Source: Clostridia bacterium
Lineage (GTDB): Bacteria; Bacillota; Clostridia; Christensenellales; CAG-314
Reading direction: 5' to 3'
Assembly (NCBI GenBank): GCA_017500855.1
Contig: JAFVYC010000018.1
Coordinates: 17,400-81,399 of the forward strand
Length of the DNA stretch: 64,000 bases
The notes beneath the pieces are model-generated. The model saw nothing but the letters and a program-made list of their open reading frames with translations. It had not been told where the DNA came from and made no database searches. Below are positions 41,836-53,175 of this stretch, in pieces; position 1 is the first letter of the stretch; the number at the start of each line of letters is the position of its first letter. A program made the translations under genes and the position numbers.

Positions 41836-44265
41836 ATGGACAAAATTGCAGTAGAAAAGAAATGGAACAAACGGTGGACTGAACAAAAAGTGTACAGTTT
41901 CAACGAAAAGGACGTAGCCAACAAACACTACGTTTTGGAAATGTTTTCCTACCCAAGTGGCTCCAAACTTCACATTGGCCACTGGTACAACTACAGCCTT
42001 ACGGACAGCTACGCTCGCTACCAAATTTTGAAGGGCAAAAACGTGTTTCAACCAATGGGCTTCGACGCATTCGGTTTGCCTGCGGAAAACTACGCCATCA
42101 AAACAGGCGTACACCCACAAGACAGCACCTTGCATAACATCGAAGTGATGGAAGAACAACTCAAAAACATTGGCGCAATGTTCGATTGGGATCACGAAAT
42201 CAAAACTTGCATGCCCGACTACTACAAGTGGACGCAATGGATTTTTGGCGAATTGTACAAGCACGGCTTGGCATATCGCAAAAAGGCGCCTGTTAACTGG
42301 TGCCCCAAGTGCAACACCGTTTTGGCAAACGAGCAAGTTGTTGGCGGTCTTTGCGAACGTTGCGACAGCCAAGTTGTCAAAAAGGACTTGACACAATGGT
42401 TCTTCAAAATCACCGACTATGCCGAAGAATTGCTTCAATGTTTGGACACTTTGGACTGGCCGGAAAAAACCAAGGCAATGCAACGCAACTGGATTGGCAA
42501 ATCCGTTGGTGGCGAAATCCAATTTCAATTGGAAAACGGCCAAGGCTCTTTCAAGGTGTTCACAACCCGTGCCGACACGTTGTTCGGTTGCACCTACGTT
42601 GTGCTTGCGCCGGAACACGCTTTGGTAGACGTCATCACAACGGACGAACACAAGGCAGAAGTGCAAGCCTACAAGGACGAAGTTGCCAAAACAACGGAAA
42701 TTGAACGTTTGTCTACCGCCAAGGAAAAGACAGGCGTGTTCACGGGTGCTTACGCCATCAACCCCATCAACGGACAAAAGGTGGAAGTGTGGATTGGCGA
42801 CTACGTGCTTGCAACCTACGGAACCGGTGCTGTGATGGGCGTTCCTTCCCACGACGAACGTGACTTCAAGTTTGCGCAAAAGCACAATCTTGGCATCATC
42901 CGTGTTATCAAGGGCGCAACGGAAGACGTGGACGACACACTTCCTTTCTGCGACGACGGCGTTTTGGTGGCAAGTGGCGAGTTCGATGGGCTAACTTCCG
43001 AACAAGCACGCAATGCCATTGTGGACAAACTTGCAACAATGGGCAAGGGCGAAAAGAAAGTCAACTACCGCTTGCGTGACTGGCTTGTTTCCCGTCAACG
43101 CTACTGGGGTGCGCCCATCCCCATCATCTATTGCCCACATTGTGGCGAAGTGTTGGACGAAAACCTACCTGTTGAACTTCCCTACGACGTGGAATTCACA
43201 CCGGATGGAACAAGCCCACTTGCAAAACACGAAAAATTCATTCACGACGTTGTTTGCCCCAAGTGCGGTGCGCCTGCAACACGGGAAGCCGACACGTTGG
43301 ACACCTTTGTGTGCAGTAGCTGGTACTTCTTGCGCTACCCCGACAGCAAAAACAGCCAGCAAGCATTCAACACCGAGTGGATTGACAAAATGCTTCCTGT
43401 AGACAAGTACGTTGGCGGTGCAGAACACGCTTGCATGCACTTGTTGTACGCACGTTTCTTCACAAAGGCGTTGAGGGACATGGGCTACTTGCACTTTGAC
43501 GAGCCCTTCAAATCCCTTGTGCACCAAGGCATCATTTTGGGACCGGACGGCAACCGAATGAGCAAATCCCACGGCAACGTTGTCAGCCCAGACGAGTACG
43601 TTGGCACCTACGGATCCGACGTGTTCCGTTGCTACATGGCGTTTGGCTTCCGCTACATCGAAGGCGGTCCATGGTCGGACGACGGCATCAAGGCAATCAA
43701 CAAGTGGCTTGACCGTGTGGAAAGGTACGTGCTTTCCGCCTACCAAGACTACCCAACAACAACGGACTTCGGCACGGAAGAACAACAACTCAACCGTGTT
43801 CGCCACCTCACAATCAAGGCAGTAGACAGCGACTACAACGAATTCTCCTTCAACACGGCAGTTGCAAGAATGATGGAACTTGTAAACGCAATTGCCAAGT
43901 ACGACCAACAACCCACCAAGAATGCGCAATTGTACCGTGACACAGTGGACGATTTGCTTGTGCTTCTTTGCCCACTTGCTCCACACATTGCCGAAGAACT
44001 TTGGCAACAAACAGGCCACCAAGGCAGTGTTGTTGTGCAAAAATTCCCTGCTTTCGACGAAAGCGCAACCAAGGCAAGCCAAGTGGAAATGCTTGTTCAA
44101 TTCAACAGCAGGCCAAAAGTGCGCATCAACGTGGATGCAACGCTCAACGCACAACAACTTCAAGAACTTGTGCTAAAAGACCCCAAAGTTCAAGAACTGT
44201 TGCAAGGCGCAACACCCAAAAAAGTAATTGCTATTCCCGGCAGATTGGTAAACATCATTGTGTAG
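41836..44265 (+). CDS. leuS: Leucine--tRNA ligase
   Basis: [15 protein letters not shown] (HIGH), [13 protein letters not shown] ... CERC zinc site, RMSKSHGN (KMSKS). Confidence 0.97.
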   Translation: MDKIAVEKKWNKRWTEQKVYSFNEKDVANKHYVLEMFSYPSGSKLHIGHWYNYSLTDSYARYQILKGKNVFQPMGFDAFGLPAENYAIKTGVHPQDSTLHNIEVMEEQLKNIGAMFDWDHEIKTCMPDYYKWTQWIFGELYKHGLAYRKKAPVNWCPKCNTVLANEQVVGGLCERCDSQVVKKDLTQWFFKITDYAEELLQCLDTLDWPEKTKAMQRNWIGKSVGGEIQFQLENGQGSFKVFTTRADTLFGCTYVVLAPEHALVDVITTDEHKAEVQAYKDEVAKTTEIERLSTAKEKTGVFTGAYAINPINGQKVEVWIGDYVLATYGTGAVMGVPSHDERDFKFAQKHNLGIIRVIKGATEDVDDTLPFCDDGVLVASGEFDGLTSEQARNAIVDKLATMGKGEKKVNYRLRDWLVSRQRYWGAPIPIIYCPHCGEVLDENLPVELPYDVEFTPDGTSPLAKHEKFIHDVVCPKCGAPATREADTLDTFVCSSWYFLRYPDSKNSQQAFNTEWIDKMLPVDKYVGGAEHACMHLLYARFFTKALRDMGYLHFDEPFKSLVHQGIILGPDGNRMSKSHGNVVSPDEYVGTYGSDVFRCYMAFGFRYIEGGPWSDDGIKAINKWLDRVERYVLSAYQDYPTTTDFGTEEQQLNRVRHLTIKAVDSDYNEFSFNTAVARMMELVNAIAKYDQQPTKNAQLYRDTVDDLLVLLCPLAPHIAEELWQQTGHQGSVVVQKFPAFDESATKASQVEMLVQFNSRPKVRINVDATLNAQQLQELVLKDPKVQELLQGATPKKVIAIPGRLVNIIV

Positions 44266-44272
44266 GTGCAAA

Positions 44273-45181
44273 ATGGATTTTTCTAGCATAGCAAAACGTT
44301 TGGGCATTGGCGAAACCCCGCTTTTGCCCTACGAAGAAGATTTCGATGCCGACATATTTGTAAAGTACGAAACGTACAATGCAACGGGCAGTGTCAAGGA
44401 TCGCCCTGCGCTCAACATGATTTTGTGCGCCGAAAGGGATGGAATTTTGACCCCCGGTTGCACAATTGTGGAAGCAACAAGTGGCAACATGGGCATTTCC
44501 CTTGCCTACGTTGGCGCAAGCCGTGGCTACAAAGTGTTGCTTACCATGCCGGACACAATGTCGGCAGAACGCCGAACGCTGTTGCAAGGTTTGGGCGCAC
44601 AACTTGTGCTTACCGAAGGCAAACTTGGCATGCAAGGCGCAGTAGACATGGCTCGTGAACTTGCTTTGCAACCCAATCACGTTTGGCTCGACCAATTCAA
44701 CAACCCTGCAAACACAAGCGCCCACATCCAAACGGGGCAAGAACTTGTTGAGCAGTTGGACAAAATTGACGTGTTTGTGGCAGGCGTTGGCACCGGCGCA
44801 ACAATTACCGGTGTGGCGCAAGTGCTTTTGCAAGCGCATCCCGATTGCCAAATTGTTGCAGTTGAGCCTGCAAGTTCGGCAACGCTTTCCCGTGGGGAAA
44901 AGGGTGCGCACGTCATCCAAGGCATTGGCGCCGGTTTTGTTCCACCGTTGTACAACGGCAAAGTCGTTTCCCACGTGCAACTTGTAACGGACGACCAAGC
45001 ATTGCAAAAGTTTGCCGAACTCAACCACAAACTTGGCTACTGCTGTGGCATCAGTTCCGCAGCAAACATCGTCGTGTGCGAAAGGCTTGCAAAAAATCCC
45101 GAGTACAAGGGCAAAAACATCGTCACTTTGTTTGCCGACAGCGACGACAGGTACGAAAGCATGCTCAAAAGCATGCGCTAG
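44273..45181 (+). CDS. cysK: Cysteine synthase family PLP enzyme (CysK/CysM-like)
   Basis: YNATGSVKDRPALNMI (PLP lysine), EATSGNMGISLA, GVGTGATITG. Confidence 0.85.
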   Translation: MDFSSIAKRLGIGETPLLPYEEDFDADIFVKYETYNATGSVKDRPALNMILCAERDGILTPGCTIVEATSGNMGISLAYVGASRGYKVLLTMPDTMSAERRTLLQGLGAQLVLTEGKLGMQGAVDMARELALQPNHVWLDQFNNPANTSAHIQTGQELVEQLDKIDVFVAGVGTGATITGVAQVLLQAHPDCQIVAVEPASSATLSRGEKGAHVIQGIGAGFVPPLYNGKVVSHVQLVTDDQALQKFAELNHKLGYCCGISSAANIVVCERLAKNPEYKGKNIVTLFADSDDRYESMLKSMR

Positions 45182-45300
45182 CAATTGCGAACATGAACCA
45201 CAAAAAAATTCTTATTGCAAGAAATTTTCAAAAACATATTGACTTAATGTTCAATATGGCTTAAAATATGTACACCAAAATATTTTTTCGGAGGAATTTT

Positions 45301-45663
45301 ATGAAAAAGTTTACAAAAGTTTTGGCACTCACACTTGTTGCTATTATGTGCTTGGCATTCTTTGCAGGTTGTGGCGTAAACGAAAACACAGCTGAAAGAA
45401 TCAACAAAGCAGCAGAAGAAGAAAAGTATCTCACCTACGAAGAACTTGTAAAGTCCTATGGCGCTCCAACAGTTGACTGGACATTCTCCCTTGGTTCTTC
45501 CGGCAAAACAGGTATTTGCGCATGGGTAAACGGTTGCAAAACTCAAGAAGATCTTGAAGCAAAACAAGAAGCAGGCCAAAAACTTCAAGCATTGTACGTT
45601 ACCTTTGCAGGCGGAAAAGCAACAAGCGCTGAATACAAAGAATACACAGGCGAAGAAAAATAA
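45301..45663 (+). CDS. Small lipoprotein (120 aa), function unknown
   Basis: MKKFTKVLALTLVAIMCLAFFAGC lipobox; GGAGG SD. Codon style resembles the 12565 lipoprotein (rich in aca/gtt/gaa/ctt/tcc). Confidence 0.7.
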   Translation: MKKFTKVLALTLVAIMCLAFFAGCGVNENTAERINKAAEEEKYLTYEELVKSYGAPTVDWTFSLGSSGKTGICAWVNGCKTQEDLEAKQEAGQKLQALYVTFAGGKATSAEYKEYTGEEK

Positions 45664-45682
45664 GTAAAATTTTTCAAAAACA

Positions 45683-45712
45683 AGATGCACCCAAGCGGTG
45701 CATCTTTTTTTT
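45683..45712 (+). terminator. Intrinsic terminator
   Basis: agatgcacc-caagc-ggtgcatct followed by T8. Confidence 0.8.
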
Positions 45713-46183
45713 GCACACGTGTGCCGACTTTTGGCAAAAATTGTGGTTTGGAAAGTCAATTGACAAGGGCGACTTTGCTTGTGCGTTGTGCAAGCATTGG
45801 CGAGCCTTGCTTTGGGGTAGAATTTGCATTTGTTTTTGTTGTTCGCAAGGCAATTTCCACACCCCGTGGTGGTGTTTTTGCGTGTTGCGTTGGTTTTTGC
45901 CCAAACTTACACAAGCGACTTGCCGAGTTTTGGAGCAACGGTTGAGTTTTTGCTTGCAGTATAGCACAAGAGCAACATCGGTTTTTTGCCACCACGTGGC
46001 GGGGTTTTTGCAAACAAATGCTTTTGTTTTGGCAACAATGCCACGGCGTTTGTGCTTGCACAACGCTGTTTAAGCGAAAAATGCAACTATTTTTTTGCTA
46101 TTTACCAAATTGCAGTGTGTTTGTGATATAATACTGCACGGGAAAAACAACCACAAAAACAGGGTTTTTCCAAAGAGGTACCT

Positions 46184-48004
46184 ATGGCAAAAACAGCAAC
46201 TATTTCTGCCGAAGACAGGCAATTCAACAAAAACAAATGGCTGTTTAGTATCAGCGGTGTTGGGCGAGATTTGTCCTACCAGTTGGTAACAGCCTTTTTG
46301 CTTACCTACATTCAGTTTGGTGTCAACTTGACTGTGGCGCAATTTGCAACTGTAAGTTTGCTTATTGGCGTGCTTGGTCGCATTTGGGATGCCATCAACG
46401 ACCCCGTGATGGGCGCCATCATCGAGGGTTCTCGCTTGAAGTGGGGCAAATTCAAACCGTGGATTTTTATTGGTGCGGTTTGCACGGGCGTTGTCATTTT
46501 GCTGATGTTCAACGTGCAAAGCCTTGGTGGCTGGGCGTTTGTTGCATTTATCACAGCAATGTACCTATTGTGGGAAACATCCTACACAATGAACGACATT
46601 GGCTACTGGTCCATGCTTCCTACGCTAACTTCCAAGCAAGATCAACGCAACCAAGCATCCATGCTGACGGTGCTGTTTGCAGGCATTGGCGCAATCATTG
46701 CGCAAGGCGTCATCCCCACTTTGACAACGGGCAACATGCTTGCGGGCTACAGGCTTGTTTCCATCATTGCCGTTGTTGGACTTGTTTCCATGCAATGCAT
46801 CATGGCTGTGTTCATCAAGGAACGCCCACGTGCCGAAATGCAACAGGAAGCATCGGTGTCGCTAAAGAGCATTTTTGTCACCATCAAAAACAACGACCAA
46901 TTGCTTTGGGTAACGCTTTCCCACATTTTGTACAGCATTGGCTCTGCGCTTCTCACAGCGCTTGCAGCAAACCTTGTGTATGCGGAAATTGCCTACAACG
47001 GCGACTACTACTTCTACATGGTTGTTGCCTACGGCGTGCCCAGCGTGCTTGTCAACGTGATGTACCCCAAAATTGTGGCAAAACTTGGCAGGAAAAAACT
47101 TCAACGCCTTGCCATTGCCGTTGCCGTTGTTGGCTACGTCGGCCTTGGCTGTGTTGGTTGGACGGGCACAAACCCAGTTTTGACAATTGCTCTGTTCTGC
47201 GCATTTGCAGTTATCATTTCTTGCGGACAAAGTTTGTTCTACATGGCAAACATCGTGCACATGACCAACTGCGTTGAGTACAACGAGTACAAGCAAGGTC
47301 AACGCAACGAAGCCATCGTTTCCACACTTCGCCCATTCACGGCAAAACTTTCGTCGGCGTTGCAAACCGTTGTTGTAACGGTGGTATTGGTTGCATCCGG
47401 CATCTACGGCATCAGTGGCAACATCACAGGGTTGGAAACACAAAAGAATTTGTTCGACAAAATGTACACAACAAGTTCTTCCTACACAACGGACGTTGGC
47501 AACTACTTGGACGAAGTCAACAACTACATCCTTCTTGTTGAACAAGCCCAAGGGGACGAACAAGCATTGCAACAAATTTCCAAGCAGTTGGAAACAAGCA
47601 AGTACCAATTTTCGGTAGACAGCCTTGTTGCCGTTGGCGACGCAGTTGTTGCCGAAAAGTACCAAACCCCACAAAATGGCAACACGGGGTACGCAATTTG
47701 CCGTTTGAAAGACTTCGACAAATCCATGTTGGAAGAAGGCAAGCAGTACACCTTGATTGTTGGCGACTTGAACGGCTACGAACTTTCGCAAGCATTGCAA
47801 GGCGACAGTCAGTCGGCAGCCGACAAGCACTTCCACGGACAAGTCAACGCCAACCTTGGCGCACGCATTGGTTTGCGACTTGCCGTGACGCTTGTTCCCA
47901 TTGTGTTGATGCTACTTGCGCTTGTCATCGTTGACAAAAAGTTCATCATCGACGAACAGTACTACGAACACATGATGCAAGAGTTGGAAGCACGCCACGC
48001 CTAG
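46184..48004 (+). CDS. Glycoside-pentoside-hexuronide (GPH/MelB-type) cation symporter with an about 150-aa hydrophilic insertion before the last TM
   Basis: GVGRDLSYQLVTAFLLTYIQF, GRIWDAINDPVMGAIIEGS and KFKPWIFIGAV are GPH signatures. AGAGG SD; TGATATAAT -10 at 46124-46132. Confidence 0.85.
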   Translation: MAKTATISAEDRQFNKNKWLFSISGVGRDLSYQLVTAFLLTYIQFGVNLTVAQFATVSLLIGVLGRIWDAINDPVMGAIIEGSRLKWGKFKPWIFIGAVCTGVVILLMFNVQSLGGWAFVAFITAMYLLWETSYTMNDIGYWSMLPTLTSKQDQRNQASMLTVLFAGIGAIIAQGVIPTLTTGNMLAGYRLVSIIAVVGLVSMQCIMAVFIKERPRAEMQQEASVSLKSIFVTIKNNDQLLWVTLSHILYSIGSALLTALAANLVYAEIAYNGDYYFYMVVAYGVPSVLVNVMYPKIVAKLGRKKLQRLAIAVAVVGYVGLGCVGWTGTNPVLTIALFCAFAVIISCGQSLFYMANIVHMTNCVEYNEYKQGQRNEAIVSTLRPFTAKLSSALQTVVVTVVLVASGIYGISGNITGLETQKNLFDKMYTTSSSYTTDVGNYLDEVNNYILLVEQAQGDEQALQQISKQLETSKYQFSVDSLVAVGDAVVAEKYQTPQNGNTGYAICRLKDFDKSMLEEGKQYTLIVGDLNGYELSQALQGDSQSAADKHFHGQVNANLGARIGLRLAVTLVPIVLMLLALVIVDKKFIIDEQYYEHMMQELEARHA

Positions 48005-48211
48005 GTGTGCAAAATCCACACACGTGGTGGCAAGTTTCCAAGTTTTGCAACCCAAAACGCCCACTTTTTGCAAGCCGTTTGCTTGTGGCAGGGGTGCAGT
48101 TTCTACTTCCAATTTGGAGCAACGGAATTTTTCGTTGCTCCTTTTGTTTTGCCCAATTTCGTTGCCAATTTGCCACCCCGTGGTGCCTTTTTTGTGGTTT
48201 TGTTTCCATTT

Positions 48212-48252
48212 TTACTCACGTGGCGTTGCAGGCTTTGATTTTTCCCCATTGC
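48212..48252. repeat. Dispersed 41-42-nt repeat, copy 1
   Basis: ttactcacgtggcgttgcaggctttgatttttccccattgc; a near-identical copy lies about 250 nt downstream. Confidence 0.75.
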
Positions 48253-48462
48253 TCGTTGCTTTTGTTTTGTTGGTTTTGGTTGTGTTTGCGCAACTTGTAG
48301 GTGGTCCTTGTTGAACAAGCCATTTCATTGTTTCTTGTTTGCCGGTTTTTTCAAGTTGCATAGTTTTTGTTTTCCCAACAACTACCTTGCAAAATTTCAA
48401 CAAAATGTGATTTTTGCGTTCGGTCACTTCAACAATGCTTTGGGTTCCCAACAAGTATGTAT

Positions 48463-48504
48463 TTCACTCACGTGGCGTTGCCAGCTTTGAGTTTCTCCCA
48501 TTGC
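48463..48504. repeat. Dispersed 41-42-nt repeat, copy 2
   Basis: ttcactcacgtggcgttgccagctttgagtttctcccattgc. Confidence 0.75.
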
Positions 48505-48667
48505 CGTTGGTTTACGTGGCGTTTGTCGGTGACACTTGCTCCCATTGCCTTGAAAAAAAATCCTTCAAATTGCCGTTTGTTTTGGTGGCAGTTTAGTTTG
48601 TGTTGAGCGTGATGTGGCAAAATGTTCAAAAATGCAATTTTAGAAATTATTTTATATATACATGCGC

Positions 48668-48696
48668 TTGACAAATTGCACGTGTTGTTGTACAAT
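48668..48696 (+). promoter_or_regulatory. Consensus promoter of the S-box/metK transcript
   Basis: TTGACA-N17-TACAAT, preceded by the AT-rich ttattttatatata. Confidence 0.65.
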
Positions 48697-48709
48697 CTTC
48701 AACGATAAA

Positions 48710-48867
48710 CCTATCGAGAGTGACAGAGAGATTGGACTCGGTGAAGTCACAGCAACCTAAAATATTGTTAGGTGCTAAATTCCACAAGGCAAACGCCTTG
48801 AAAGATGGGACGGTGGCGACTAGTGTCGTGTTGCGCAGTCTTGTCTTGGTGGCAAGACATTTTTTTT
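48710..48867 (+). promoter_or_regulatory. SAM-I (S-box) riboswitch with terminator expression platform
   Basis: cctATCGAGAGtgacaGAGaGAttGGaCtcggTGAAGtcacaGCAACC ... GGTGCTAAATTCCacaagg ... cttGAAAGATggg matches conserved S-box blocks. P1 is cctatc/gatggg. Terminator gtcttg-N9-caagac + T8 at 48838-48867, 36 nt before the metK ATG. Confidence 0.85.
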
Positions 48868-48903
48868 GCAAAGCCCCCGAAAGGTTTACTACAGGAGGAA
48901 AAA

Positions 48904-50088
48904 ATGATAACGAAGAAACACAGATTTTTCACATCGGAAAGCGTTACGGAAGGCCATCCCGACAAAATGTGCGACCAAATTTCCGACGCCATTTTGGACG
49001 CTATTCTTGCGAAAGACCCCAACGCACGTGTTGCTTGCGAAACTGTTGTTTGCACGGGCACGGTTTTTGTTATGGGTCAAATCACAACAACTGCCATTGT
49101 GGACTACGCAACGGTTGTTCGTGACACAGTTCGCAAAATTGGCTACACCCGTGCAAAGTTTGGCTTCGATGCCGACAGTTGCGCAGTTTTGCTTTCCATC
49201 GACAAGCAATCCCCCGACATTGCGCTTGGCGTAGACAATTCCGGCGAGTACAAGGACCGTGGCGAATTGTTGGATATGTACGGCGCAGGCGACCAAGGCA
49301 TGATGTTTGGCTACGCTTGCAACGAAACACCGGAACTGATGCCAATGGCAATCACTTTGGCTCAACGCATTTCTTTGCGCCTTGCCGAAGTGCGCAAGGA
49401 AGGCATTTTGGACTACCTTCGCCCGGACGGAAAGTGCCAAGTAACCGTTGAGTACGACGAAAACGACAAGCCTTGCCGTGTGGACACAATTGTCCTTTCC
49501 ACACAACACAGTGCGCAAGTTGATTCGGCAACAATTGCCAGCGACATGATTGAACACGTAATTCGCAAGGTTGTTCCACTTGAACTTTTGGACGAACAAA
49601 CCAAGTACTACATCAACCCAACAGGCCGTTTTGAAATTGGTGGTCCTGCTGCCGACAGCGGACTTACTGGCAGAAAAATCATTGTGGACACCTACGGTGG
49701 CTACTGCGCACACGGTGGCGGAGCATTCTCCGGCAAGGACCCAACCAAAGTTGACCGTAGCGCAGCGTACATGGCACGCTACATTTGCAAAAATGTTGTT
49801 GCTGCAGGCCTTGCGGAAAAAATTCAATTGCAAGTTTCCTACGCAATCGGTCGCAGCAAACCTGTGAGCATCGACGTCAACACCTACGGCACAGGCGTTG
49901 TTTCCGACGTGGTTTTGTCGGAAATCATTTCGGAGGAATTCGACCTTCGCCCAAGGGCAATCATCGAAAAATTCAACCTTCAAAGCCCCATCTACTTTGC
50001 AACTGCAAGCTACGGCCACTTTGGTCGCAACGAATTTGCTTGGGAACAGTTGGACAAGGTGGAAGATTTGAAAAAGTACAACAACTAG
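48904..50088 (+). CDS. metK: S-adenosylmethionine synthase
   Basis: [64 protein letters not shown]. Confidence 0.97.
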   Translation: MITKKHRFFTSESVTEGHPDKMCDQISDAILDAILAKDPNARVACETVVCTGTVFVMGQITTTAIVDYATVVRDTVRKIGYTRAKFGFDADSCAVLLSIDKQSPDIALGVDNSGEYKDRGELLDMYGAGDQGMMFGYACNETPELMPMAITLAQRISLRLAEVRKEGILDYLRPDGKCQVTVEYDENDKPCRVDTIVLSTQHSAQVDSATIASDMIEHVIRKVVPLELLDEQTKYYINPTGRFEIGGPAADSGLTGRKIIVDTYGGYCAHGGGAFSGKDPTKVDRSAAYMARYICKNVVAAGLAEKIQLQVSYAIGRSKPVSIDVNTYGTGVVSDVVLSEIISEEFDLRPRAIIEKFNLQSPIYFATASYGHFGRNEFAWEQLDKVEDLKKYNN

Positions 50089-50091
50089 GAA

Positions 50092-52371
50092 GTGAACGTT
50101 TTGCAACTTGAAGTAAAGGGAACTGTTGCCAACATCATCTATCGCAACGAGGAAAACGGCTACACCGTGCTTTCCTTGGACACTACCGACGGAGACGACA
50201 TTGTTTGCGTGGGTAGTTTTCCCACGCTCTCGGTTGGTACCGTTTTGCAAGCGCAAGGCAAAGTTGCCGTGCACAAACAGTACGGCGAGCAACTTCAAGT
50301 GGAAACCTACAAGGTGTGCGACCCCACCAACAAGGAAGGCATCGTCAAGTACCTTTCCAGCGGTCTAATCCGTGGCGTTGGGGAAAAAACTGCAACCAAC
50401 ATCTACGCAATGTTTGGCGAGGACACTTTTGGCGTGATAGAAAACAATCCCGCTGCCCTTGCCAAGGTAAAGGGCATTTCCATGCGCAAAGCCATGGAAA
50501 TTTCCAACGCCGTTGCCGAACTCAAGGACATGCAAAACCAAATCATGTTTTTGCAAAGCTACGGAATTTCCGTCAATTTGTCGGTAAAAATCTACAACAT
50601 GTACAAGGAGCAAACCAAACGCACCGTTTCGGAAAACCCCTACAAGTTGATTGACGACATCGACGGCGTTGGCTTTTTGACAGCCGACAAAATTGCCCAA
50701 AGCATGGGGCACGTCAACGACAGTGCATTTCGTGTGCGTGCTTCCATTGTGTATTCCCTCAAAGACTCTGCCGAAAAGCAAGGCAACACCTTTTTGTACT
50801 TCGACGATTTGATGCAAAGGTGCAGTGCTTTGCTTGGCCTCAATTTGGAGGACTACGGCGAAATGGTGGAAAACACCATCACAAAACTTGTGTTGGAACC
50901 AACAATCAAGGTGTTCCAAGTGGACGGAGTGCGTTGCGTGGCTTTGAGCAGGTACTACGCTTTGGAAAAATCCATTGCGTCCCGCCTTATTCGCTTGAAC
51001 AGGGATGCAAAGCGCATCATGATGGACGTTGACAGTTTGGTTGCCAACTTCGAAAAGGTGCACAACATTTCCTTCCACGCAAGCCAACTTGGCGCTGTAA
51101 AATCGGCGCTTATCAACGGAGTTACCGTCATCACAGGTGGCCCCGGCACAGGCAAAACAACCATCATCAAGTGCATTGCCGAAATTCTTGGCGCACACGG
51201 TTTGCGTTTGGAGTTTTGCGCCCCAACGGGCCGTGCCGCAAAGCGTATGGCGCAAAGCACCGGCAAGGATGCCAAAACCATCCACCGTTTGCTTGGCTAC
51301 GAAGCGCAAGGCGACAGAATGGTGTTCAAGTACAATCGCAACAACCCACTTTCTTGCGACGTTGTTGTGGTGGACGAGTTGTCCATGGTGGACGTTTCGG
51401 TGATGTACAGTTTGTTGCAAGCATTGAACAACGGCACCCGTATCGTGCTTGTGGGCGACAAAGACCAGTTGCCAAGCGTTGGCGCAGGCAACGTGCTAGC
51501 CGACGTCATCCGTAGCGGAGTGATAGAAATTCGCTACCTAACGCACATCTACCGTCAGTCGGAGGACAGCCTGATTGTTTCCAACGCCCACCTCATCAAC
51601 AAGGGGAAAATGCCGGAATTCAACAATCACAGCAAGGACTTTTTCTTCATCAACACCGACGACGTTGGCGTTGTTGCAAGCACAACGGTGCAACTTGTCA
51701 CCAAGCGCTTGCCAAATTTCACCAAGTTGCAACCCAAGGAAATTCAAGTGCTGGGCGCATTGAAGGGTGGCATTTCCGGTGTGGAAAACCTCAACAGTTT
51801 GTTGCAAAAAGCCATCAACCCACCAATGTACGGCAAGCACGAAGTTGCCGTGGGCAAAAGCATTTTCCGTGTGGGCGACAAGGTGATGCAAACTGTCAAC
51901 AACTATCAACTTGCCTACGTCAAGTACAACGAGGATGGCACTGTGGAGCAAGGGGAAGGCGTTTTCAACGGCGACATTGGCTACGTTCAAAAAATTGACC
52001 GTGCAAACGGTATTGTTGAAGTGGCTTTTGACGACAATCGCATTGCATCCTACGGCGAACACGAACTGTCCGACTTGCAACTTGCCTACGCAATCACAAT
52101 TCACAAAAGCCAAGGTAGCGAATTCGACGCTGCCGTGGTCACACTTGTCAACGGCCCACCAACCATCATCAACAAAAACTTGCTGTACACAGCCATCACC
52201 CGTGCCAAAAAAGCCGTGGTGCTTGTGGGTAGCAAAAGGGTGCTTGCAATGATGATTCACAACAACTACATTGCAACACGTACCACCAATTTGATGCGGT
52301 TTTTGCAGGAAGAAAACGGTTCGTTCAACAAGTACTTCGGTGTGTTTTCTACCGACTCTGCGGAGGACTAG
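50092..52371 (+). CDS. recD2: RecD2/YrrC-type SF1B ATP-dependent DNA helicase
   Basis: N-terminal OB/HhH region; VITGGPGTGKTT (Walker A), VVVDELSM (Walker B), LVGDKDQLPSVGAG, AITIHKSQGSEF. Start is GTG 50092 or TTG 50101. Confidence 0.9.
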   Translation: MNVLQLEVKGTVANIIYRNEENGYTVLSLDTTDGDDIVCVGSFPTLSVGTVLQAQGKVAVHKQYGEQLQVETYKVCDPTNKEGIVKYLSSGLIRGVGEKTATNIYAMFGEDTFGVIENNPAALAKVKGISMRKAMEISNAVAELKDMQNQIMFLQSYGISVNLSVKIYNMYKEQTKRTVSENPYKLIDDIDGVGFLTADKIAQSMGHVNDSAFRVRASIVYSLKDSAEKQGNTFLYFDDLMQRCSALLGLNLEDYGEMVENTITKLVLEPTIKVFQVDGVRCVALSRYYALEKSIASRLIRLNRDAKRIMMDVDSLVANFEKVHNISFHASQLGAVKSALINGVTVITGGPGTGKTTIIKCIAEILGAHGLRLEFCAPTGRAAKRMAQSTGKDAKTIHRLLGYEAQGDRMVFKYNRNNPLSCDVVVVDELSMVDVSVMYSLLQALNNGTRIVLVGDKDQLPSVGAGNVLADVIRSGVIEIRYLTHIYRQSEDSLIVSNAHLINKGKMPEFNNHSKDFFFINTDDVGVVASTTVQLVTKRLPNFTKLQPKEIQVLGALKGGISGVENLNSLLQKAINPPMYGKHEVAVGKSIFRVGDKVMQTVNNYQLAYVKYNEDGTVEQGEGVFNGDIGYVQKIDRANGIVEVAFDDNRIASYGEHELSDLQLAYAITIHKSQGSEFDAAVVTLVNGPPTIINKNLLYTAITRAKKAVVLVGSKRVLAMMIHNNYIATRTTNLMRFLQEENGSFNKYFGVFSTDSAED

Positions 52372-52377
52372 CACACC

Positions 52378-53124
52378 ATGAAAAAATTTCTTCAACAAGC
52401 CTACGAATTTGTTGCCGACTTGGTTGCGCCCGTTGGGTGCAGATGCCTTTCGTGCGACAGTGAAGTGTTCGACAACACCGGCTTTTGCCAACAATGCACG
52501 CCCAAATTGCCCTTCAACAACGGCAAAACTTGCCTTCGTTGCGGGGTTGCCATTCACGGTGCGGAGGACTACTGTGGCAACTGCGCTTTCGACAAAATCT
52601 ACTTCGACAAGGGCTACTCGGTGTTTAGCTACGACGGCGTTGTCAAAAGCGCCATTCTCAAAATGAAGTTCACAGGCGCAGGCAGGTTTGCCAAAGTGCT
52701 TGCCAACTACCTTGTGTTTTTGGCGCAAAAGCACAACTTGCAGTACGACCTTGTGTGCTACGTGCCAATGACCAAAACTTCGCAAAAACAGCGCAGGTAC
52801 AACCAATCGGAACTGCTTGCCAAGTACTTTTGCATGGCGCAGGATCTTGACGTTTTGTGCCACGCCCTTGCCAAAATCAAGCAAACGGAACGGCAGGAAA
52901 GTTTGGGCAAGCAACAGCGCAAGGAAAACCTTGTTGGCGCCTACAAGTGCGTTGCCAACGTCAAGGGCAAGCGTGTGCTTGTTATCGACGACGTCAAAAC
53001 AACGGGGTCTACCATCAACGAATGCGCAAAGGTGCTCAAGCGTGCCGGCGCAACAAGCGTGGTGGGACTTACCGTTGCTTCTAGGGAAGAGCAAACGCAA
53101 TGGGAAATTGACGAGGAAATTTGA
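52378..53124 (+). CDS. comFC: ComF-family protein (ComFC, phosphoribosyltransferase-like)
   Basis: N-terminal zinc-finger cysteines (CRCLSCDS ... CQQC ... CLRCG ... CGNC) and the PRTase loop VLVIDDVKTTGSTI. Confidence 0.85.
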   Translation: MKKFLQQAYEFVADLVAPVGCRCLSCDSEVFDNTGFCQQCTPKLPFNNGKTCLRCGVAIHGAEDYCGNCAFDKIYFDKGYSVFSYDGVVKSAILKMKFTGAGRFAKVLANYLVFLAQKHNLQYDLVCYVPMTKTSQKQRRYNQSELLAKYFCMAQDLDVLCHALAKIKQTERQESLGKQQRKENLVGAYKCVANVKGKRVLVIDDVKTTGSTINECAKVLKRAGATSVVGLTVASREEQTQWEIDEEI

Positions 53125-53175
53125 AAATAATCAGCAAACAGTCAACCTTTGCAATGGCAAAGGGTGGAGGAATAT

